NCBI GenBank assembly: GCA_002269645.1
Contig: NIVC01000169.1
Span: 310,001-374,000, forward strand
Reading direction: 5' to 3'
Length of the DNA: 64,000 nucleotides
Source of the DNA: Macrostomum lignano
Lineage: Eukaryota
The notes beneath the pieces are model-generated. The model ran no database searches, had not been told where the DNA came from, and worked only from the letters and a program-made list of their open reading frames with translations. How positions within the stretch are numbered: the first letter of the stretch is position 1; every line of letters starts with the position of its first letter. Both the position numbers and the translations under genes were made by a program. Below are positions 39,501 through 51,500 of this stretch, piece by piece.

Positions 39501-42500
39501 CCAGCCGCTATTAAGAACTAGCATTTTAGTAATCGTTGGCCGCAAGCCAACTGTTACAGCCTCCCTTTTCTAGCCAAGATTATCCTTGGCACCCAGCACC
39601 GCCTTTTATTGCTACGCCATAACTTATTGCGGCCTCTTGCACTTCCCCATCTGCTTTATCCTCACCCTCACTCTCCCACTCGCCTCTTTACTGCCCCTGG
39701 CACCCTGTGCTGTGCTGCTATAGCCAATTAATCAGAGGAGAAAAAAGATAAATATAAGAAAGTGGCGAGGAAACGGCCTATAGCGCTCGTATTGCATTGA
39801 AGCACCAGTGCGCCATATTTGGGGCCTGACTGGTACTGGCGGGCGGGCTGGCAGGGAACCTGTGTATAATAACCTGTTGATCCTATATAGGGGCCAGTGC
39901 GCTTGTCCAACAACTGAGACTTGTAAACTGCCCTCACCCCACCACCGCCATCATCTAGGATGAAGATATAGGGACACGAGAGAGATGAGGGAAAGTCGAT
40001 CGCTCGACCCCCTCCCTACTCCCTGCGCAACAATGTTTGCTAGACCACTTCACGGAATTAATTCTTTTGCTCTGCAGCTGGCTTGTGTTCGGTCTTGAAC
40101 CCGGCTGGATGAAACAAGACTGTGTGTATTGTGTGTGTATTGTGTGTGTGTGTGTGTGTGTATGTGTGTGTATGTGTGTGTGTGTGTGTCCGTATGCTGC
40201 TGGCAATGCCAACCAGTGAAGTGGACGCCCGAGGATCCCAAGCTGATGGGACGATATAGGGATTAGGGAATGATAAGAGGATTGGTCATCGTGCTTGCTT
40301 CTCTCTTTCCCACTATTCAGCGAGACTAATTTTCCAACTTAGCATGGATTTTTATCAGTTTACTGGGAAAAAAACGCTCAGCATCGTCCGTGTCTTCGAC
40401 ATCAGCGAAGTCCTCTAAATTGCCCCCTTCTCTCTCCTGCCCCCATGTTAGCCAGGGGGTCACTCCGGGTTCGCCCTGAATATCAATGTTCCTTTTATCT
40501 GTTTTTTGACCTCAGGCGTAAGCGGTAAGTTGAAAGGAAAAGTCAGGTCTAACCTTTACCCCTGATACCTCCGGTAATTATCAAATGCATTTCTTCATGT
40601 TTGCTGTTCGCTATTCGCATGCTAGGTAGTCATTAGGTGGTCATTAAACTGCTTGTACTCAACCAGAAACCTGATGTCAAGACAGTGCCCCTGTATAGCT
40701 AATGCCTGGTTTCATTCATTAGTTTTGAAAAAAGTAATTCTAGATTAATTCAAATTAAGCTCATATTAAAAATTGAATTGGCCCTCAAAGATGTTTCCAG
40801 TGTATTTGCATGCAGTTTTTCCTGGTACAGGCTTAATAAATACCATGAGGGTTGGGCACATGCACCATGGAAAGCAGACAAAAATGCCTTACAAAACCTA
40901 ACATATTTCAAAAAAAGGACGAAACTATGTTTATAAATTTTTCTTTTTTATTGGTTTTTTTCATTTTTATATATTTTTTAAGGTTTACTCTATATGTTAT
41001 TTGGTTTTTTTTTTGAAACAAAAATTTTATTTTGAACTTTTAATTTTTATTTTCCTGTTATCCCTAAAGTAATTTTTTCCTAAAACCCTGACTAAAAATG
41101 AAAAAAAGAAATGTTCTGGAATTCGATATAGCCGCATAATGCGCTCGCACAGTGTCAGATCCCACCTGGCTAAAGTTTAGATCAGTCGCGCTAAGTCCAC
41201 CAAAGCGATGCATCGGTTTTGTAAATGCCAGCCAGCAATCAAATGCTTTATCTTATCTCTCACCTGGCCTAGAAACCGCTGGTTGCTATCTTTAAAAAGC
41301 TACTATTTCACATTCAATCCAGATTATTTATTTCGAAGAGCCATCTGTTTGCCGCTATCTGCTGCCATTTTCAGGAAATTCTGAAATAGAATCCGCAGTT
41401 TGTATAGAGGCAGAGAGTGAGGTGAGGTAGGCGGAAGAGAGGGTAGAGGGGAGTAGGGAGAAGATGGAGTTCCGGGGGAGGAGATAGGGAGGGAAAGGAA
41501 GTGTTCCCAGAAAGAAATTTACATAGGAGTAAGAAGTTAGTGAGTTTGAATTAGACGCATCTTTACACTTTTCGTATCCGGCACTAATTAGGAAAGTCAA
41601 GTTTCAACGGGCCAAAAGTTACTATTTAATAGTAGGTTGCTAAAAAACTTGTTATTTCCCGGCTGTCTCTACTCTCTAGAGGCGATTTCAAAGTGCAAAA
41701 ACTCAAGCGATGAGGGAAAAGTGCCCCTCAGCTAGTGTTGCTTAATTCCTAGCCAAGAAGCAAGCAGCTGCAGTCCTAGCGGAACTGTTGACCGCCATGT
41801 CAAATTAAAATTAAATGTCAGCAGCATGCAAAGGCGCCAGAGAAGGCAATCAGCAAACAGTGCGCCACAACTTCTCTGCCAGTGTATCGGTAACTAAGCA
41901 AACTTGTTTTCGCTTTGTCCAGCCCGTCTCTGCCCAGCTCAAATAGCTGTCTCTGGGCAGTGCGGTTTTGGCACGGCTTTGCTCAGAAAAGGTCGACCTT
42001 CACCAGCCGCCTCTAGTCCGATCTGCCTCTTTATCCGGACACCCCAAGGCAACCCCAATCGGGAAAAGTTGGTGCACTCTCTATCTAATACCGGCTTAGG
42101 GGACTCTCTGAGCTGAGCTGAGCTGCTTAACCTCCTAAGCCAGCTGAGGTAATCAGGGAGACCACGACCCCACTCCCTCTTTGAGAAGAAAAATTAGCCG
42201 ATTCTATGATGCGATCGCTCTGGGGAGAGCTACAGAACGGGGCAGAAATCGCTAGAAGCAGAATTCAAGCAATGCTAAGCCCAACTTGAACACACCGAAA
42301 AATATTATTTATAATTGAGCAAAAAACGAAACATTTCAGCAGGACTTTAAGATGAACGTCCCGATTCAAACGGCCTTAAAAAGGGTCATTTAAACATCAG
42401 TCAGTTTTTTTCGTTCGCTACTCGCTCTCAACAGTAGGCTTTTACGTTCTTTGAGCCTTGGGGTTTGGGCCTAACCACAAATACTAGAATAACTAGATGG

Positions 42501-45500
42501 GCTACTCAGCATATTTGGTGCAAGCTACTTTCAGTTCAGTAGTAAGTAAAACTGAAGCACTTTTATGTATTTTTAAAGACTAGGCTTTATTTATTGGCTC
42601 TCAACCCCCCTCTTAATTTGAGGAATTGTGTACATTATGGCTGAACCAATTAGCAAGTTGTTTTCGCCTGCAAGCTTATAGGCTTCTAAACTTATCAAAG
42701 TCATTTCAGCTGCCTTAATTCTTATACTCGTAAAATAACTTCTATATTCTTCTTTGCTACTGAGCTGAAAGTAGAAAGCTGTTTTGCAAAGTATATATGC
42801 CTTAGTGGGCCTCATAAGCTCATATTGATGTGGCCCAGACGGGTTCGAACCTGGCTGCTTAAGTACGAGAGTCCAAAGCTACTCAACTCGTACTAGCTAT
42901 TAGAACAGGTGACAGTGTAGTTTTCGCGTTAATGCCTATGGAAAGATTAATTTTTATTATTAAGTTTATGATTTGTATCAAACCTAAAATCTCTCGCCAG
43001 CTTCATCAGGCAGCGACGCCAGTCTCCGGGTGACGGACGGGCCGGCCAATCTGTCCGTTCGGATAGGCGGCAACGCCAGCCTGACCTGCCGCAGCAACGC
43101 CGGACAGCAAGACGGCGGCGGCGGGCCCACCGGCCGGGTCAAGGTGTTCTGGCAGCGAGGCGGCCTCATTGTGGCGGCCACCTCCATGCCGAACACCGAT
43201 GGTCGGTACAGCATAGCCAGCGGCGAGCCAGGTGAGACAGAGAAATCTCAATAAATTCCTTATCTGAATTTTTATAGCTCACTTATTACAGACTGCCTTT
43301 GAGTTTTATCTACTTTTATTACTTAATTACCTTCTAGCCTTACCTTACCGCTTCTTATTTAACCGATTTCCTTTGATCTTTACCGCTTAATTCTTGGCTA
43401 ACCGATTTTATTTACCGCTTAATTCTTGGCTAACTGATTTCCTTTGATATTTACCGCTTAGTGCTTGTCTAACCGATTTCCTTTGATCTTTACCGCTTAA
43501 TTCTTGGCTAACTGATTTCCTTTGATCTTTACCGCTTAATTCTTGGCTAACCGATTTCCTTTGATATTTACCGCTTAATTCTTGTCTAACCGATCTCCTT
43601 TGATATTTACCGCTTAATTCTTGGCTAACCGATTTCCTTTGATATTTACCGCTTAATTCTTGTCTAACCGATCTCCTTTGATATTTACCGCTTAATTATT
43701 GTCTAACCGATCTCCTTTGATATTTACCGCTTAATTCTTGTCTAACCGATCTCCTTTGATATTTACCGCTTAATTCTTGGCTAACCGATTTCCTTTGATA
43801 TTTACCGCTTAGTGCTTGTCTAACCGATTTCCTTTGATCTTTACCGCTCAATTCTTGGCTAACAGATTTCCTTTGAATTTAGCTCGTAATCACCTACTTA
43901 TCGATATCATTTCTTAGGGAAAACTGTCGTATTCATCTACCTGATCATATTTGAAATTGATCACTAGTTTCTTTGGCTTCAGAGACTCCCTGTCTAATGA
44001 TTTTTGAGAGACTTCCTTCTTGGAACCCCTACTTTGATGCACAGCAGTATATCTTCTTAAAAAAACATGTTTTCGGGTTTGAAATTCTCACTAAATCCGT
44101 CATCTATAATTATAACACAAGACCGTCGTGTCTGTCTGCGATGCTGACGCTCGTTCATCAACCGTCTGCTCTACTTGATATACGGAGATAAAATCTGACA
44201 AGCTGCGAGAGCATGGAATGCTTAATGGACTGAAGCCTTACGGATTAGTCGCTGGTGTCAAGGCCCAAGCTTGAGACCCAGCCTGAGATCTATAAGTCCA
44301 GCCGGATGCTCTGCAAATAAGTCGGAGATCAGTGTAGCACTTGCATCTGCGGGGCCCGGTTCTCGCTGACATTTTGTCTCTTTGCAGTCTAAAATATCTC
44401 CCGAAGAAAAGTAACTTTTTTTATTACCTTGTATGCTGTTCGGGACAACTGCTACAAGAGTCATATAGCTCGTAAGATCAAATTTAAAAAGTATTCATTG
44501 CTACAGCCAGGTTTAATTTTAATTTTCCGCACTTTTCCTTGCTAAAAGCAGTTGTATAACACAGCAATACGCCCACAAAGCAATAAAATAACTTTGCAGC
44601 GCTAAAAAATCCTGAAACATCTGCAGCAACCTCCCACAACAGCTGGAACCTCCCGCAACAATCACAACATCCACAACAACCGCAACCTCCCATCTAAACA
44701 TCCCATGCACAAAACCCTCAACAACCGCAAGCTCTCTCAACAACCGCAACCTCCCTCAACAACCGCAACCTCCCTCAACAACCGCAACCTCCAGCAACAA
44801 CCACAACCTCCAGCAACATCCGCAACCTCCCTCAACAACCGCAACCTCCAGCAACAACCGCAACCTCCAGCAATATCCGCAAAACCCGCAGGGGTTCACG
44901 ACCTCCGAATTGCTGGGGTCCGACTGCAGGATCAGGGCGAGTACGCCTGCCAGCTGGCCTTGCAATCGCGCGCCCAGAGCTGGCCGCTGATCTCCGAGCC
45001 CGGCTACCTGCGGGTGCTGCACAACTCGGCCTGGCTGCGGCTGTACCGCGTCACCGGCCCGAACAGTACAGACAAGCCTGCCAACTCGACCGTGCGAGTT
45101 TTGGCCGGACAGCCACTCCGACTGGCTTGCGTGGCCGGCCCGGCCAGTCCGGCGCCAGCGATGTCTTGGACGCTGCGCGACGAAACTAGAATCCCGGTGC
45201 CGCTGTTCCAGCGACCGCAGCTGCCGGCCAGCTTCCAGACACCGTTGAACGGCTTCGCAGTAATGACCGGCCTGGCTGAAGAGGGCCAGCTGTGAGTCTT
45301 CAGTTATACAGTTGATTCCCTTCGATGAAAGACCACGGAAGATCGTTGTCCAGCTAATAGATCAATCTAGCTAGTGTATAGATCAATCAATCTAGTGACT
45401 AGATCAATCTAGCTAGTGACTAGATTATTCTAGCTAGTGACTAGATCAATCTAGCTAGTGACTAGATCAATCTAGCTAGTGACTAGATCAATCTAGCTAG

Positions 45501-48500
45501 TGACTAGATCAATCTAGCTAGTGACTAGATCACAGATGACATTCAATATTCCGCCTTTCACCAAGGCTGAGCGCTCGATCGGAGCTGTCAATCTCCAGCC
45601 AGTCGGTGACGGACGCGCACCACAACATGCCAATCGAGTGTAGCGCCCATGTGCCCGGGTTCGAGTCGGAGCCGGCTCTGACGGCCGGGACTCGCCTCTA
45701 CGTCAGCGTGCCTCCGCGGGTTCGCGTGGTCCTGGAGCCCCTGCGGCCTGGAAACCAGTACAGGGAGCACGACAATGTCATCGCGGTGTGCCAGGCTTTC
45801 GGCCGGCCAGATAACTTTACCTACAGGTACGGCTTTGGAACAGGGACAACTAAAACCTGCTTTGTCCCTGCTTTGGAACGAGTGAATAAAAATGAATTCC
45901 GGGACGTTTTTTTGCTAAACTGGCTACTAACAGTAGGACTTTCAGATTTTGATGTCTAAAAAACAATTGATTACACCTGCCCTACTGGGCAGATGTGCAA
46001 CCGACAGCTCAGCCGCAGCTATTGCACGGCGCATCTGAAGGCTGCGTACGGCTGTTCAGTCCAAGGACTCACCCAACTTCAATTACCCCAGCTAATGCTA
46101 ATTACCCCAGCTAATGCTAGCACCCATCTTACAGCTTTGGTGAACTGAAGCAATGTAGAGTTAAGTGTCTTGCTCAAAGACACAAATTGTTCCGAGTTGG
46201 GTCAAGAATGGAACCCCGACCTTCAAGCCGTGATTCCGACGCTCTAACCACTAGGCTACAACCCCCTGTTGTCGAAAAAATACCTCGGACGAAACACATG
46301 CTGGCTTCATTTGGAATTCGGAAGTTCAGAAGTTGAGACATTGCTGACCGCTGGCGCAAATTCAATGCAAGAAGTAGCTTCAGCCCCAGACATATTCTCA
46401 AAACCCCAGATGGGCCACTCCAGGCGCCTAGCCGCAGCGCGACCATAGACTGTAGTCCCGGGGGGGGGTCGCCAAGCCTGCTAGCAAGCTCTAAATTTAT
46501 ATAAATTTTTCTCCCCCTTTCAGTTGGACCATAGACAGTCTGGAGCCGATCATCCAGCAGTTCGGGCCGCGCCTCCCAATGCTTCTCACCCGTCGGCATG
46601 ACGGTCGGACCGTCCGCTGCTCGGCAACCAGCTTCGCCCGCGGCGAGGCTGAAGTCCGCCTGCGCGTCCACTACGGTCCGAAGTTCGCGCTCAACCTGCC
46701 CCGGCTGTACGCGGCTTCGCCGGGAGGCATCGCCAGCCTCGACTGCCGCGTCGAGTCCAGCCCGACGGCCTCTGTTGAATGGCGCCGCGTCGACAGAGGT
46801 GACGGCGATGTCCTTGGCCGATCGACGACGCTCCGTCTGGACCCGGTTGGCGAGGCGGACTTCGGCGAGTACACCTGCTCAGCCAGCGCGACCGGCTTCC
46901 CCACAGTGACGCGTCGAGTCATCCTGGCTAGGGCGGCGCCGCCTCGGGTTGTGTCGGCCGGCGTCCCGACGGCGGTGGCTGCGTCCGCGACGTCGTCTGA
47001 TGGAAGCGGCGTCAACGTCGATCGTCGGCGCTACGTAGTCGTGGCCGGCCAGCGATCGGTACGGTTGGAGTGCCGCGTCAATTCCGTGCCGCTGCCGATC
47101 GAGCCCGACGGCGTCCGATGGAGCCGCGGCGACGGCACCGCGGTGGAGCCCGGGCTCAGGTGCGATCAGAAAGCTGCCTGGAGTTGGTGAATGCTATCTG
47201 GAGTTGGTGAATGCTATCTGGAGTTGGTGAATGCTATGTGGAGTTGGTGAATTCTATGTGGAGTTGGTGAATGCTATCTTGGTTTGTGAATGCTATCTGA
47301 AGTTGGTGAATGCTATCTGGAGTTGGTGAACGCTATCTGGAGTTGGTGAACGCTATCTGGAGTTGGTGAACGCTATCTGGAGTTGGTGAATACTGCCTGG
47401 TGCTGGTGAATGGTATCTGGAGTTGGTGAATAGGTGTATTAGAAGCTGGATGACAAATAAACTATCCGACAGGCGTCGCCTCTACCGCGAAGACTTCGTA
47501 GGCGGCACGTCGGCCTTTCTGCACTTCGACGAGGTGCAGCCTTCCGACTCCGGGGAGTACAACTGCACCGCGGACAATGGGCTGGGCACCCACTCGGGCG
47601 TGATTCTGCTGCACGTGGAAGGTCAGCGGCTTATCCGTGACTTTGCGAAAATGCGATATGGACTTTACATGGCCTGTCTCGAACTCTATCTCACACCTGA
47701 TCTCCCACCTGATCTCACACCTGATCTCCCACCTGATCTCCCACCTGATCTCACACCTGATCTCCCACCTGATCTCCCACCTGATCTCACACCTGATCTC
47801 CCACCTGATCTCCCACCTGATCTCCCACCTGATCTCCCACCTGATCTCTCACCTGATCTCACACCTGATCTCCCACCTGATCTCACACCTGATCTCTCAC
47901 CTGATCTCCCACCTGATCTCCCACCTGATCTCACACCTGATCTCCCACTTGATCTCACACCTAATCTACCGATTCATTTGGGGTTTGTGCACGAAAATTG
48001 GTTGATGGTTTGTTGTGCGATTCACAGACATGAGGGCCGACCCCCCCCCCGAGGCACAGAGAGTGTACATGCCTGACGATTCGAAAGTCAGGACCGCAGT
48101 GCACCCTGTGTGAGCGTGTGCCTGAGTACAGTATTGGTGCGCTTGAATGTGCTCAGGACTCAGCGGACTGCGCAGAACTGCCTCAATTGCCTTATCACAT
48201 CTACGCTAACTTTCCCAACTTACCCAACACAACCTGAGCAACCCCACCTCAACCTTGGCAGAGAACATTCCCACGGCTTTCATAGCTGGCGCCTCTATCG
48301 CGCTGCTAATGGTGCTCATCTTCGTGCTTGTCCTGGTCTGCGTTTGTCGGCGAAGTAGATGGGAATCTGCTAACGACTCGACTAAAGGTAAGCGAACTGT
48401 GACATCCGGGTTTATTGAGTTGCATTTCGACTGGATTCTGGACTGGGACACTGGAGTGGGAGCTGAGACATTGGAGTGTGAACTGACATTAGGATGTAAA

Positions 48501-51500
48501 CTTAGACATTCGGATGTGAAGTGAGACATTAGAATCTGAGCTGAAACACAGGGATGTGAACTGGGACATTGGCCGGGAACTGGGACACTGGGTGTGAACT
48601 GAGACATAGGGATGGGAACTGGGATACTGGGATCTAAACTAAAACACTAGAATGTGAAATGAGACATTGGGATGGGAACTGGAAAACTGGGATGTGAAAT
48701 GAGACATTGGGATGGGGACAGGAAAACTGGGATGTGAACTGGGACACTGGGGTGTGAACTAGGACACTGGGGTGTGAACTGGGACACTGGGTGTGAACTG
48801 GGACACTGGGGTGTGAACTGGGACACTGGGGTGTGAACTGGGACACTGGGTGTAAACTGGGACTCTGTGGTGTGAACTGGGACACTGGGGTGTGAACTGG
48901 GACACTGGGGTGTGAACTGGGACACTCGGGTGTGAACTGGGACACTGGGGTGTGAACTGGGACACTGGGGTGTGAACTGGGACACTGGAATGTAGACTGA
49001 GACACTGGAATATGTGGATTAAGGCACTGTAATGTGAATTGAGACACCGGGAGGTGTCAGATAAAGATTCTAGGATAAGGATTATGACACTGGGATGCGT
49101 GGATTATGTCATGGGGATTTGGATTTAAATTTATGTAATGTTAACAAGTATTAGTTTACTAACTAAATTGCATTAAACAAACTACTCGATGCACTTCAAG
49201 CCCGCAAGAGAAATGGCTGCGTTGTCGCCGGCGCCCAGCCGGGAGGCCCAGCAGTCGAGTCGCCGTCCAAGCGGCTGCTGCAGCCTGGCGAGGACGCGGC
49301 GGATGACGTGGAAGCCAGCCAGACATGTACAGCCGGGCAGCCGCTGCTCGTCGACAGCTACCCGTTTGCAAACGAGACATCGTCCTTCATCCCGGCGAGC
49401 ACCTGCGCAGTCCACGGCAGCCTCCTTCGGCGACATCAGCAGCAGCAGCGAAACGCGCCAATTTCGTCGTCAATGACGACCTCCTGGGGCCCGTCGGGGC
49501 TCGAGCTGACGGACCTGAGTCCCGGGCACCGGGGCGTCGCCGTGGCGAGATTCCTGACCCGTCAGGGGCCCGGCAGTCCGTCCTGCCAGCAGACTGTGGC
49601 AGCAACGGGCGATGAAGCGCCTGAAGAAGCTGGACAAGAGGAGTGAGTAGAACCGCAGCCAGCTACTTGTAGTAGTGTGGCCCTGGTGGCTCGATTCCGT
49701 GTGCAAACCATGCATTTGCGGCTTGTGCAGGAAATTTGGTTGAAAGGCTGTCGTGTGATTCACAGCCATGAGGGCCAACCCCCAAGGCACAGAGAGTGCA
49801 CATGCCTGACGATTAGACAGTCAGGGCTGCTGTACACCCGATTGCTTGAGAAATAGATAGATGATATCTAGCTAGCTAGATAGCTTGCTTTCAGGGCTGA
49901 TTCAGGGCTTAAGGGGGTTGTAAGCCCAGTGGTTAGAGCGTCGGACCCACGACTTGAAGGTCGGGGGTTCGATTCTCGACCCACTCGGAACAATTTGTGT
50001 CCTTGAGCAAGGCACTTAACTTGCGCACTCGTGACCCTGGCCATTAACCTAAATTCTCGCTTCATATTAGCTGCACTGATTGAATTGTCTGTGGTCGAAA
50101 CAGGAGCTTCAGTTAATGACCAGCCATTAAGCAGAGGTCATTACCGTGAAGTAATGGACAGCTCTGCTTTTCTCTACCGATCAGCTCGATAAGCTCGAAA
50201 ATTCACAAGCTCGAAGCTTCATAGAACGTATAGAACTCCTTGCCCAGAAGTTCGAGTAGTTTTAGGATATGCCATAGACAAGTGGCAGTCGCCTACCCAC
50301 TGACAGCTACGAGCAAAGAGCCTTTCAACACACAATAAATTCGGCTAAAATAGTCTATGAGCAAGATTAGGTCAAATAGTACACACACCGACAATTGAAC
50401 TCTCTCATTGAATTTATGATTTATGACAGTCCTCTATGCCAAAGATCCGGTGCTGTGCGACATTGAATCGGGGTAGACAGCAGTGCAGAAACTCTCAAGT
50501 TCTAGCTCCGATGGCCTCGAGTGATTTGAGATGAGAAGCATTCGGGTGGAGAGGCTGGACGGCTAGCGACAGTGGCAGTGAGAACCTGCGCACCTGCTGC
50601 ATGCCTCATGGCAAGCCTAAGCTGCTACATATCTACCTTTCGTCTCAATCCTGAAATACAAGCCTCGATCATAATTAGCCACCTGATATTCGCGTTTATT
50701 AATTAGAAGCGCCTGAAAACACTGTAATCATGGAAGTGTGGCGCTGTCTGTTAAAATGATCGATAATTTCTGTACAGCATGACTAAGACTAGCTTGCAAC
50801 TGACATGAGCTGGATGACGATCAATGCCCAACGGTGCTAGTTATGTGGTTGGAGGGGTTGCAGCCTAGCGGTTAGAGCGTCGGACTCACGACTTGAAGGT
50901 CGGGGGTTCGATTCTCGACCCAACTCGGAACAATGTGTGTCCCTGAGCAAGACACTTAACTCACATCTGGCCCAATTGGGGCAAGTGTAATCAAATATTA
51001 TTGGCTTGTTTTACGAAAAACGTATTGAACGAAATAGCTAAGACGTAATTTATTAAAATCGATTCAAACATTAAATTATTTTGCATTACAACTTGGTCGA
51101 ACTTGCATGCAATAAAACGCAGTTACAGCAAACTTCATGCTAATCTTTGTTAGATGTTTTGAAGCAACAAATGTGTGTTACGAGCTCGTCATTAAATGAA
51201 ATTGTAACGTAAAAACTAGCTAGGACATTGAAAATATTCAGTTCTAGGATATTGGTTTGCTAAATACTGACCACTGCTAACCTCATTTCTTATGCTAACA
51301 ACAAATATTTTATAGGTAATTTCGAGGGCTAATTAAAATTCTGTCCAGTTTTGCTAATCCAATCCGAATTGAAACAGCTACTCATCAGAAAGTCATCCAG
51401 AATCCTGTCGACTGGCTTGTTCTATTTTTGAAGAAAGTTACCTGAGGTGCAAATTGTTAATTAGATCGATAATTAATTCAGTACTTGTTCGGGAGCCAAA

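Noticed and set aside
49913-50022. Functional tRNA genes (also 46158, 50854, 42830)
   Set aside because: A/B boxes are present but acceptor and anticodon stems do not pair, and a shared non-tRNA body follows; these are SINEs.
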